Shown: positions 37,621-49,960 of the stretch, piece after piece
How positions within the stretch are numbered: position 1 is the stretch's first letter
How the letters are laid out: the number at the start of each line of letters is the position of its first letter
Assembly (NCBI GenBank): GCA_965287045.1
Contig: OZ336874.1
Location: 58,094,001 to 58,158,000 of the forward strand
Direction of reading: 5' to 3'
DNA length: 64,000 nucleotides
Origin: Carcharhinus amblyrhynchos
Lineage: Eukaryota
The notes under the pieces: generated by a model
The model's database searches: none
Told to the model about the DNA's origin: nothing
The model's input: only the letters and a program-made list of their open reading frames with translations
Program-made: the position numbers and the translations under genes

Positions 37621-39610
37621 AGGTCTACAAAAAGAATCACATGTGCTGGGATATGAAAGACAATCCTGGTCTAAGCTCATGCAATCCTGATGAAACATTC
37701 TCGGATAACTAAGAAGAACAAAATGACCAGAGAATGAAACACAGGAGGAATGGATGAGGGTAAGGCTTGGAAATCTTGGAGACTCTGCAGTACTGAGGCA
37801 TTCTGCACCAATTTGTGCTCAGCATGTTTTCGCACAGTAGAAACACCCTCACTATCTGCACGCTACAGGCACACTAGCCTCTTTAACTGCTGCACCCAGA
37901 ATAACAGTCTCACCATCGCTAACTTCCCCTGCTGTGGGACCATGGTTACTTCCATAGCTGCCTCTTCAACTGGCTTGATGGTTCTCATCATTGGGATCCT
38001 ACCTGTGGTACAGATCATTTCCCAGGTGTTGTGCATCTGTTTTTCCTGCAAACACAAGAAGAATAGGAAGATAATGCCCTGGAATCTTGTAGGAAAAAGG
38101 GCAACTGCTCCTAATGAATCAAGGCTATATGTTCGCATTGTCATCAGTCCCCATAAGCACTGTGCCTCAAGAGTTTCTCCAAAGGCTGAGTCAGTGTATT
38201 GGACATACACTCCTCCAAAGGTGAGGAGCAGCATGTTTCCTATGTCCCTTCATCTGCTGGGTTGTAGCCCATGTGACCAAGGGCCTAAACCTACTTCTTG
38301 GAGATCTGGCTCACCTTTCCCTTTCCATAGTGCAAAAAGTAACTGAATATATTGCAACACTGGAGCTAAGTGTGTTGCTGATCTTCTGTGGCACAGCCAA
38401 TGTCTGCAATGTTGATCCACACCCTCTTCATGATTGTTGGTCACAGATTTTCACAGTAATTCATTGCATTGTTGGTGTCAGCCTACTTGTGATACTAATA
38501 AATAACTAAACTTTTCCAACAAGAACCTTGCAGTCTGCATCCATGAACGTTGGGGCTGATGTGCCGTGGCTTGCATGGCTGTTTGTATGACTGTGATATT
38601 CTGGCATTGGAGTGCAGCAAATGCAAAGGTTAGTGTGTGTGTTTGCTTCACGACAAGTATACATCAGCTAGGCAAAAGTGAGTTCTAGTTTTCTTGCAAG
38701 TGTTGGGAGGCTCATGTGAAGGCTTGATTATCTTGTTTTTCATGTGGGCAGGCCATCGTGGATGGGGTCCTGCTGTTTAGTGGCAAGCAGACCTTTTTTT
38801 TCCTTTGGGATGATGTGGAAGTTGGGAATGGCTGGGACAATCAGTATCTTCATATCTGAAGGGTGTCAGATAGAACTACTGAGAGAGGCACTTCAAGAAC
38901 GTGTGTGAAAAGCAGCTCCTGAAGTTTGGGGCTGTGCTCAATTCATGCATCATGTTGGAACTTGCTGTAGCTGAGAGAGAATAGGCAAATGCTTGGGGGA
39001 GTAGTGACAGATTGGACCATCACTTATACTTGTGAGGGAATACTGAGGCATCGGAGAAAAGGCTCCAAGGAGTCTGCAATGGCTTGACTATTCCACAAAG
39101 GTTCCATTTATGCTGGGCCTTTTTTTCAGGGGGGCTTTCAAATATTGCACTGCAAGGATAGAGAAAGTGTGAAGGTCAATACTCACACTCTAAGCTGCAG
39201 CTAACACTTTTCAGAAACATCAATATTGACTTGACAATTGTCCAAAGGGTTGGTGGCCAAGACTGACCTAAGAACTGACCTGCTGCAGAATTGGCCCACT
39301 TCCTTGCCAGGTTGGGCCTGCTGACATGGATGGCAGGCCCATCTCCAGGTTAACTAAGGCCCTCAGAACTGCAAAACCCCAATTTTTACTTCAATTGGGA
39401 AATTCCAGCCTCTGCTTTCTGTTTGTTCATCGGTATGTGTTCCAACTGTTTAGTAGTGCTTAAAGCGGTATCATTCAATTGAAAGCGATTTGCCTTTTTA
39501 TGTAAAAAACATTTTGGGTAGATGGACAGACACTTTGCATGTATAATGTGTGTCGCTTTCTAGATGATACTTTCAAATATATTTTAGCTTCATTTGAAGC
39601 AATTTTTAAA

Positions 39611-39823
39611 AGCGGCATCTCGGCCTTTTGGCTAAGATGCAAATAAGATCAAGCCTTGGAGGAGGAGCTATGCCTATTCCAATCAGCTTGGATCATGTAG
39701 ATCAAGCCCAAGACAGGTGGTGAGAGCCCTATCTTGTCAGCTTGGATCGGGAATGTCTCAACTTGTTGAGACTCTGAATTGGACTTGATTTGATTGAATT
39801 GGAATAAAAACAACAAAAAAAAA
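39611..39823 (+). mobile_element. U2 snRNA-headed, structured, A-tailed retroposed element (candidate SINEU-like SINE or retrocopy)
   Basis: TCTCGGCCTTTTGGCTAAGAT matches the U2 5' end, TAAGATCAAG follows, then three hairpins, AATAAA and an A-rich tail. Confidence 0.65.
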
Positions 39824-42019
39824 TTGATTTTCCTCTACACTCTAAATGCTGTTAGGTGTTTAAATAGATTCTTTGTCTCAATATCATTTCTGACAGTACC
39901 ATTCCTTGTTACCCCTGTCTGAAATTTAAGATTTTTTTCTTAAACCATACAAAAGATATAATTTTATAGTTTTTTAAATTTTTATATTATGAATACAAGC
40001 AATTGTACTTAGAAGAGCAATCTACATGCACAGCATTATTACTTCATAATTTCTTAATGAAATGTTTAACTTGCACAGAACATGGCAACAAATCAGTCCT
40101 GAATTACCCACCCACAACTTCCCACCATTCTTCAAATGACTAATAATTAGGTAAACTGCACACTAAATCGAGAAATAAATGCTTTAATGACAGATAACCC
40201 CTTAGGGAAAATAGTTGTGTTCTGTAATGTGTCACCCGATTACACCTACTGCTTTGCAGAAAAATGAGATTGCCATTGGCATTCAGAAGTGTTATGAAAT
40301 ACGCCAATGCTAAAAAAAAATGATGGCCATTTAAATCTTGCGCCTTTAGAAGTGACAGCTTTAGATATGTTTTTGTTTCCATGGATATTAAATTACTGAT
40401 TTAGTACATAAATCAGAGTCTACACAGAACAATCATTTCCTCTGTTAGGAAAAACAGAAAAAATATTTGCTTTTCATTGCCATTTTTGACCTTCCAATGA
40501 AACCATAGGCACAATGGCTTTTGAAATGACTAATTCCTAAGAATGTAAATAGACACTTATCTTGTAATGTTTATTCTTTAACATTTTTCAGGTAGTTAAT
40601 TAGGAACCTAACAGGACTACATTTCAAAGAGCTGTTAATCAAGCAGTGTATGAAGTGTACGCTACTTGTGCTAGATTGTTCACTGAAAATATCCAACAGG
40701 AAAATTGGCACGATTGTGGTGCAGAGACGCAAAAATGTCAAAGAACAGTTTTACATGTTTTTTATAAATAAACTATTCTTTCTGTTGAATATTGTTGGAA
40801 GTGAATCGGTTTCAGAACTCACGTGCAAATTATTATACTTGTTCATGAACAATTGAATGATAATCATGCATAAGGATCCAATATGAGGTTCAAGGGGATT
40901 GAAAAGAAATTTTTTGTAGTATTAATTGATAAAATAAGTAAAATTTGTCTGAATAGATTTACTTTGCTTTAAACCTGCTAGATTAACTATGTACGTGTAG
41001 ACTTTATTCATTCTGCCTACCTCTCTGCCCATTTGTTGATGCTTAGATTTTCTTTAAAAGCAGCTCTAAAGTCAAGCAACGTTTATTGAAAGTCCATCTG
41101 TAGTGAAATTTCAAACACTGCACTATCGCAGGAAGTGATATCTAATCTGTTTTAAAAAGTACCTGGTTTCACTGTGCCTTATGTCTACAGTAAAGCAGTT
41201 TATTGCACTACTGTGCAAAGCAAATCAGCTCTAATTACTGATTAAGTTTATATCTCTGGACTTCATCATAAACCAAGCATATTTTTTTTTCAAAATCCCA
41301 GTTTGAAATCAATTTCACATTTAAGGTGCTGTACAATAGCTACCTCATGATTCCCAGATGAGATTTGTAATACGTGTAAATTTGCAGATCTCCACACCTG
41401 TGACAGTGAAAAGATGCAGAGATCAGCAGACTTTCTGCCAGCTTCTTTCAAACTACAAAAGAGACCTGCTTTAGTAATGACCAGATTTCACCTTGACTGC
41501 CTTCTCTGATTACATAGTAAACATGTAAATTTACTCCGTGTTGCATGCAATGTCACCGAGGGGTTGAATCAGAAGCTTACTTGATTATACAGTTGAAGTG
41601 TTTACATTGGCTGCATGATGGATAAATAACATAGTTACAGGGTCATGTAAATAGTATATCCCATCCTAAAAACACCTCCACTTGCATGCTTATCAGATTT
41701 GAACTCCTTTCTCAGCTAATGTAAATTCAAATCAAGGGCAAGCTTTTGGTAAGTGCTTGAAACTATTAATGTCAGAATCCCAGATGAATGCATGCTTTAC
41801 TCAAATATACCACCACCTAGCATAGTGAATTATGCAAACTGGTTGATACTTACCAGCTTCCCCATTCTATCTATACATTTTCCCAAGTTCATGGGGTCCA
41901 TTTAAAATTGAAGAGGAGGATTCTAATCTTAACTCTGCTGTGTAATAATAGTGTTAGAGTGTACTGAAAATCTTGGTTATCTCTTCTTTAGATGAAATAA
42001 TTAGCTTTTATCTAAGTCC

Positions 42020-42440
42020 AAAATTATATTATGAGGACAGTTTATATAATCTAGGTATGTATCCATTTGAGTTCAGAAGGTTCAAGGGAGGTTTGATCAT
42101 TTTTCAAGATATTAAGGGAAACAGGTCGGATTAAAATCAAAGAGAAAGTATTTCTATTAGTTGGGAGTCGAGCTTGACAATTAAAGCTTGACCTTTCATG
42201 AATAAAATTAAGAAACATTTCTATTTACAACAGATGCTGGAATTATAGAATTGTCTATGAATTTTAGAACAGTTAATTGTAACAATTGCAGGTTGTAAAT
42301 TTAAGATCAATAAACTTTTGTTATCCAAGATATTAAGGGATATAGGAGAAGATGAGTATATGGAGATAGATCACAGATCAGCCATAATCTCAGTGAATAG
42401 CACAACAGGCTCTGGGACTAAATGCTCTGCACCTTTCCTA
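42020..42440 (+). mobile_element. Old CR1 3' relic
   Basis: TTATGAGGACAG...GAAGGTTCAAGGGAG.TTTGAT...AGAAACATTTCT.T.TACA...TCAGCCAT.ATCTC..TGAAT.G. Confidence 0.6.
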
Positions 42441-42523
42441 AATATTAAATTATCAACAATTAAAACTGTAAGTGCTAGAAACCTCTTTATCTTGTACAAA
42501 TAAGCATTGTGAAATTTGTTTCA

Positions 42524-42900
42524 TTGTTTCGAGGGATGTAGGTGTCACTGACACAACCAGCATTTGTCGCCCATCCCTAATTGCCCTGGAGTCTGGTGAC
42601 TAACCAGGCCATTTTAGAGGGTAGTCACAAGCTGTCCACATTGCTGTGGATTTAGAATCACACGTACGCCAGACCAGATAAGGATTGCAGATTTACCACC
42701 CCAAAAGGACATTTGTAAATAAGATTTTTTTTAAATTTTAAACGAAAATCAATGGTGATTTCATGGTCATGATTACTGGCACTAGTTTTCAACTCTAGTT
42801 TTCATTAATTGTATTTAAATTCCACCAATTGCCATGGTGGGATTTGAACTTGTGTCCTCAGAGCATTCACCTGAGCCTTTGAATTACCACTATATCATCT
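42524..42900 (-). mobile_element. SINE family B copy
   Basis: CCAGCATTTGTCGCCCATCCCTAATTGCCC...GCCAGACCAG...GCCATGGTGGGATTTGAAC. Confidence 0.8.
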
Positions 42901-43268
42901 TCTCTCAAATTGACAGTACAGGCCAGGGAGCCAGAGCTGTCAATCAAATTATGTATTTCCAGGGATTTAGATGTTTTAGTACTCTAATGGATATCTGGGC
43001 TTTAAGTCAAAATGCATTATTAGGCTTGGCTGGATCCTGAATGTGAAACAACCAGCATCTTAGAATTGGATCCCAGCTATCATTTTCATCCCTCCATAGA
43101 GTCTTCCTGACTGCATGAGAATCCGGCCCATAGCTTCTAGACTGCACTTGTGCTAAGTGGTGATGGAACTGACACAAAGGAGCAACCTACCTGACCTCAA
43201 CATCTACTGCCAGAGATTGATAGCATAGGTAGAAATAATCTCTGTGCAGGCCATAAAGACAAAATACT

Positions 43269-43477
43269 GGGGAGGAATCTTCTGCCCTCCCCCCTGCGGT
43301 GTGGTTCATGGTGGTGGGAAGTGGCTTGCCTTTGCCCAGCAATGGGATCTCTTGGTGCTGCTGCTTTCAATGGGAATTCCCATTCATTCCACCCCTTGCT
43401 ACTGGGAAACTCGTGGCAGGGGGTTGTCAGTAGAACGAGAAAATCTTGCTGACAGAAAGAGTTGGAAAATCACCCCC
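43269..43477. mobile_element. Short Harbinger-type MITE (~210 bp)
   Basis: Ends GGGGAGGAATCTTC / GGAAAATCACCCC and an internal palindrome CAATGGGAATTCCCATT; TSD not clear. Confidence 0.55.
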
Positions 43478-43964
43478 ATTGTCTTCACCATAAAATCACT
43501 CTGTCATTTGGAATCGTACTACCAAAATGATGCATGAAACAGACTAAGTATAGATCTATCAATCAATTACTTGGCATCCAAGATTCTTTAAGCATCATCA
43601 GTTGCAGAATTGTTTACTTCATGACCCAACATATCCCTCACTCTTTAATTACCGTAAAACCAAGATATCAGTCCTGCTTCAAGAAGGAGTGTAGGAGCAT
43701 CAAGTGCCAAGAGCAATACAAGATAGAACTTAGAGTCATACACAAACTTAGTGAAGCTACAATACAGGACTGCAAACATGTAAAAAGCAGGAGATTAAAT
43801 GCAAAGATGAAAGTTCTACAGCCTATGCATCAGAGCAAATCTCTGTATTCCTCCATACAACAAGCCAAATCTAAAGTAGCCAAGAACTGCTCTATGTGTC
43901 ATCAACAGTGACATGAAGTGACATCTACTCACTGAAAGCTTACTCACAGATGGTCAGCTTAGGT

Positions 43965-44500
43965 TTTATAAAGAATTACATACAGTTTACAGCACAGAAA
44001 CATCCAACCTTTACGAATAAGTACATCCTTGCTGTTCTGGTAGCATTCTAGCCAATCTGTTTTGCATCTTCTCCAATATCTCTAGAACCTTTTGTTAAAA
44101 ATGGAAAGCAGAATAGTGAGTAGTACATCAAGTGCAGTTTAAGGTTCTGTACAAGTTTAAGAAAACTTCTCCAAATCGCAATTCATCTCTATAAAAATCA
44201 GCACCTGCTTAGTTTATTTTTTATAGTCTTATTGACCTGCATTGCTACTCTAGTGATTTGTACCTCTAAATAATTTATTCCTTTCCTTTATGTTTTCTTA
44301 TTTCAAAAGCAGTATTCGCCTCCTTATTCTTCCCAACAAAATACATTAACCACAACTAACCTACATTGAAATTCATTTGCCAATCATATACCCATTCTCC
44401 AAGTTTATTGTGTAGTTCTGTGTTTTGTCGCATTCCTCCTTAATATTATTTAAAACACAATTTCCTTTTGTCAGCAAATTTTAAAATTTTACTTCAGATT
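43965..44500 (-). mobile_element. Old CR1 relic
   Basis: TACAGCACAGAAACA tail plus TGAAATTCATTTGCCA and GTCAGCAAATTT (reverse FAD) segments. Confidence 0.6.
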
Positions 44501-44909
44501 CCCAAATTCAAATAATTTATTAATTAAATAAATCATTTTTCCAGGAATATCCAGTGCAGAATTCATCACTGTCATGATCAAATGATGTTTCTGTTAACTA
44601 ATCAAGCCCTACAACCCTTAAAGATCATCATTCTTGCTATTCTGCCTGCTCCTCATCTCCAATCTTAATTATTCCATCATTGATGGTTATACTTCCAGCT
44701 ACCTGGGATCTAATCACTGGAATTTTTTCCTTCATCCCCTCTGCGGCTCAACTTCTCCTCATTTAAGATACGTCTTAAAAAATCCCTTTGGCCAAGTTTT
44801 TTGCTACCTGTCCTCATACGTACGTACAATACATTTCTGAGATGCTCTTTGGAGCATTTTATTCCATTTAAGATGTTATAGAAATACAAGCTGTTGTTGT
44901 CATGGACAC

Positions 44910-45860
44910 GTAAGCCGAATGTCAGAGGAGAGGTGAGAGTAGCTGTTCTTGATATTCAACGGAACATGGCACTGAAGAGTCTGTACAAAACTGAGTGCAA
45001 TGAGGATCAAGGGGCTGGAATCATACCTTACACAAAGGAAGAGAATCATGGTTGTTGGCAGTCACTCATCTGAACCCCAGGATATTGATACAGGATCTCC
45101 ATAGGGAAGTGTTCTCACTAACTATCTTCAGCTGCCTCAATGGTCTTCCCCAGCTTCAGATCAGAAATAGGGCTGTTTTTTGTTGATTACACAGTATAGT
45201 ACTCCTATCATAATTCATTGATAATGAAGCAGTCCACTTTGGGCTGCAACAGGACCTTGACTGTATCCAAGCATAGGCTAACAGGAAATCTTAATTATTC
45301 CATCAATGATGGAATAATTTGTGACACATAAGGACTATGTTATTTCTAACAAGGAAAGTTGCAGCCACCTCCCTCTGACCTTCAATGGCATGACCATCAC
45401 TGAGTATCTCACTATTAATATCTTCGGGTCATTGTTGATCAAAAGATTAACTGAAGCAGCCATATTAACACAGAGGACAAATATTGTCATTAATAAGTGA
45501 CCCACCTTCTGAGCTTTTCAGAACATATGAACATACTAATTAGGCCACTCGGCCCCTCGAGCGAGCTCCGCCATTCAATGAGATCATGGCTGACTCTCCA
45601 TCAGCTACAAGATTCAGCTTAGAAGTGCAATGGAATAATCACCACTTACTTAAGTGAGACAATGTGCAACAACATACAAGAAGCCAGAGCCTACTTAGGA
45701 CAAGGCAGTTAATTTGATTAACCGTTTTGTTATTGGACTTAATGTCCACCTCTCCTACTACTAGTGCACTGAGGCTACACTGTATTGTATCATTGCATCA
45801 ATTCACTAAATCTATTTTGACAACACCTCCTAGCTCGACAGCCTCTTAAATCAAGAAGGA
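44910..45860 (+). mobile_element. Old LINE family A-related RT relic
   Basis: VRVAVLDI, LESYLTQRKRIMVVG, GSP.GSVL...IFSC, LQQDLDCIQA motifs. Confidence 0.7.
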
Positions 45861-45879
45861 AAACAACAGCAGCCAAAAC

Positions 45880-46050
45880 CAGAATACTACAGATGCTGAA
45901 AATCTGAAATAAAAATAGAATATGATAGATTTTCTGAGCAGGCCAGGCAGCATCTAGGAAGACGAAAGATTATCAGCCTGAAATGTTGACTCCTGTTTTT
46001 CTCACTCTCTACACATGCTGCCTGACATTTCCAGCATTTTCTGCTATTAT
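45880..46050. mobile_element. Penelope-derived short element with inverted halves
   Basis: CAGATGCTGAAAATCTGAAATAAAAA...CAGGCAGCATCT...TGAAATGTTGACTC.TGTTT.TCTC...CATGCTGCCTGAC..TTCCAGCATTTTCTG. Confidence 0.5.
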
Positions 46051-49000
46051 GTCCAAGTTCACCTCAAATTCATATACTTTGCTGACTTGGTCAGATACAA
46101 CCACTCCTCAATTGTTGCCAGCACCCAACACCATTATAGGGGTGTCATCACATCAAGCACTGTAGAAGTAAAGAAGAAGGGTATAACCATCTTTTAAGGA
46201 CAATTCGTGGATGGGAAATGATGTGGTTGTATTATTATTGCCTGTAAGTAACAAATAGCAAACAAAAGTAATCTTAGTTTATGAAATGGCCTTAATATAT
46301 AACAGCAATAATTATGTTGACTGCTTGAAGGAGATTGCAATTGTTTGCAGTTTAATCTTTTTCACACCAATATTATAAAAGTCTCGAAATCATCATCTCC
46401 ACAATATCTTTGAAGAATTTTGAAAGTTACTTTCCTAAAAACATGCCATGCCCTTTAAATGTATAACTTTGATCACTTGAGGAAGAAATGTTACCATATG
46501 GTGGGGAGTTTGGGGTAAACGAACTTCCTGGAACAAGATTCAATTTAACTAAATGCTCAAAGCAACACATGGGTTCTTGAAAAATCAGGAAGTTTCCAGT
46601 GTAACAGATACTATATCCATTGCATGAAAATTTGCTCATTTATGTTACTAAAAGTGCAACAACAAACTAATCATTATGCACTACTTTGTACATAAACATA
46701 ATAAGTGACCATTGAAAGAACAAGCGATTGGTTTTGCTGTGTACCTGTTTGTAGCTGTGGATCACATGTGACTTTGTATAACGTCCAAGTGTTAATGAGG
46801 CATTTGGCTCTTTACTGGATAAAATCAATTGATCTATTTTATAATCAAACAATGTTATGAGGCCTGGAGATGTGCTGAGGGGTCAGTTGTCCAAGTCTGA
46901 TCATATTTTGTGGAGCTTAGCTAGAATCAACAAAACGTGATTTTATAAGGAGTTTACAATCATTGAGTTTGAACCCTGTAAAAAGTCCTTCCTTGTTAGC
47001 TGACCCCCATAACCCTATTTTAGCATTACAATGTTGTAAAAAAAATCCCTCTTCTTGTTAGGCAACCTCGGTCGTTGGAAGACGTTGTTGCATTGGAATT
47101 ACTGGCACCAATAACTGAAGTTGAAATGTGAAAAATTCTAAAAGTACAAAACAGATGTATGCAAATAGCTGTGACGTTATTATAAACAGACTAATGAATT
47201 TTATCATTAGAAATTGATGCTGTCTAAATCCCTTGAGCATTCTAAAGACCTGCAAATGCCTAGGATTCTATTGCATATGGCAAAGCTGGAGGGGAAGGTG
47301 GGGTTCAAATTGAATATTCACTACTCAAACTGAGCAGCTGCTCCACCTGTCATTTGGGTCCCTGTAATACCTGGATCCTTTGAGGCCTGGGCTTTATGAG
47401 AATGCTGTTGGTGAGCTGCAGCTTGCTGGTGCTGGGAAGTGGGAAGTTATCCTGCTCCAATGCTGATCTGGCTAGAAAGTCAGGCTGAGGGAAGGCTAGG
47501 CCAAGGGATGGGAGGAATGGTCCAATATGCCACCAGTGGGAAAGAAGTTTTCAGAGGGCCAGAAGGAATGATCTTGTTCCTTTTGGACTCATTCAAAACA
47601 ATAATAAAATTTTCCTGTGTTGTTTAGTGAGCAATCATGAGTGATTGCTTTTTAGATGCTGGTTCGGCTGCTATAGTACATTTGTATCTGAAAAATGTGC
47701 TACCACTGCTTAATATCTGGATTTGTATACTTAGAAGCATCAGACCTGTTTCAGGCACAATCAGGCCTTTGGTGTCAATGGGATGGCTGAGGTTATCTGC
47801 TGACATCTGTCTTGCAACACCCCTGATGTTCAATTGCTGGCCATCTGCTTTTCATGTGAGTGCAGTTGAAAATCACCACACGGAGTAAAATCCAAGTCCC
47901 CCTTAAGGTGAATCAGGGTTGGAGGGCATGGTGTAATTGCTGTTCAGATGTAATGTGGTTCACTTTTTAAATGTCACAAATTCCATCCTTTTTATGTAAC
48001 ACTTTGATTTTATGAAGCCATTTAAGAGAGAGGTTGTAAAATTTCGGCAATTTGGGAAGCAGGAAGTGGAATTGGTTTGAGTATGGGATCTTCATTCTGC
48101 CGTACAAGCTGATTGGAATTGTAAAACTGGAGTGGTGTGGTAACACTGTGACTGAGCTTGAGAATCTAATTACAGCCTGATAAGTTTACAGAGGTAGTTT
48201 CCAATCTAAATACCAACATCATAAATTATACAAAAACACTGAAGTATGATGAAAACATGAAACTGAGGAATTGTGTACAGAAAGAGTACTTGATGTGACT
48301 GAAAATAAAGACAGATGGATAACGAATTACATCCGCATGCCATGTCTCAATCACACCCGGCCCTCCAAACCAGTCTCATCTGAAGATAGCTTATAAATTT
48401 TAAGTTTATTTATTAGTGTCACAAGTAGGCTTACATTAACACTGCAAAGTTAATGTAGTATTCATGGCCAGTGTCACAGAGCAGCATTTATTCAAACGAA
48501 GTCACTTTATTGTTAATCCCGTAATCTTTCTATAGTCAATTCTTGCGTAAGACGTCTATGAGATATCACGAATAAATATTAGAAGCGAGTTTGTAATTAT
48601 TATAGGAATCATTCGCATAAATAAATTTTGATGAGGGATTTGACCTGGTGATGGTATGATGCCTTGGCATGAGAGGGACCATGAATTACTTGCAGGTAGA
48701 ACATTAGAATAGTGGTACTGTACTATGATTCACACAATGAAGCAGTTGAGACAAATAAAGGCGTCGGCAAGATATCGCGCGTGTGGTCTGGAGTCTCTTT
48801 CATATATCAGAGCTTCAGCTTACTGGGGTCCTGAGTGCAAAGAAGGCATTGTCTGGAGATTGTCACCCCGAGGGTTTCCCCCTATAATATAGCCAGCACC
48901 CAGACTGCAGCTAGTTGGGGGAGAAATGGATATAATCTGTTCCTCGACACAAGTAATTTTGAAATAATTAATTAGAAGTTTGACGTGAATATTTCTTTTG

Positions 49001-49529
49001 TGTTAACTAACAAGCTAGGGAACTGTAAACAAACAGAATAAACAGATCTAATCAAGGCTGGAAAAGCCGACATAATACCTGTTAAACATCTGGATGTAAT
49101 TTTCTAGTAAAACGAAATGAAAACATACGCGGGCCGCTTTGATGTTCATTTCGGTGCAGACATTGGCGATGTGTAAATGTGCTCCTTCCAAACCCAAGTC
49201 CCAAAGTGAGTTATGGTAAAATGAGGGGGGAGGGGGAACACAGACGAAATAAATCCCAATTAATTTAGTTTCACCCTTCGCTAATATGTGCTGCCTGACC
49301 TAAAATTATTAATAAATGAGTTGAAGGGAAATTCGTTCAATGTTCACAGCTATGAATCGCCCTCTATGGTAACAGCCCAACAAGATGCAACAAAAAAAAC
49401 TCCTCCAACAAAACCTAAGATGTGAAGCTTTGCCACACAGTTATAATTAGTGGACATTCCTGCTCTGGCTCTTTTAGTTGTGAGTGGGACAAAGACTTGT
49501 CTGTGTCCCCCCCCCTCAGAGTTTTGAGC

Positions 49530-49960
49530 CCACGTTACTTTGATTGACAGCTGGGAACGCTGCTCCATTGTCACTCTGCAACTGACTGACGGGCCCACTC
49601 CTTAGATTCCATCCGCTTCAGCCGGAGAGGGGGAGAGGAAACGAGAGACCAATCAAAAAGAGACAAACAAACCTAATCCCGCGCTCTATTGGTCGGACCT
49701 GACATCCATCAACATGATTGACGTCCCCCACTCTCAATGGAAAACGTCGGGGGACCGAGACGCGGACGGGCTGGCCATTGGCTGGCTACAGCCTCCTGCT
49801 CCGCTTGATTGACAGCCTTCCTCACCCCGGCCGCCTCTGATTGGACAGCGTCTCCCCGCTGACGACACGACCCCACGTGTGCCGGCTGGGGTCTCTGCAT
49901 TCTGATTGGAGGAGGGCGGGAGGGAGGAAGAGTGGTACTGCGCGTGTCTAAATTTGGTTA
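49530..49960 (+). promoter_or_regulatory. CpG-rich TATA-less promoter of the TLE gene
   Basis: Local CpG enrichment; CCAAT/ATTGG at 49649, 49688, 49777, 49840 and 49905; TGATTGACAG at 49541 and 49806; CACGTG at 49874; GC box GGGCGGG at ~49914; ~500 bp upstream of the ATG. Confidence 0.8.

Noticed and set aside
37750-38346. 198-aa ORF
   Set aside because: No recognisable domain; lies within a decayed Harbinger relic and is probably a chance ORF.
39611-39660. Functional U2 snRNA gene
   Set aside because: Only the first ~30 nt match; the branch-recognition GTAGTA, Sm site and 3' stem-loops are absent and an A tail follows.
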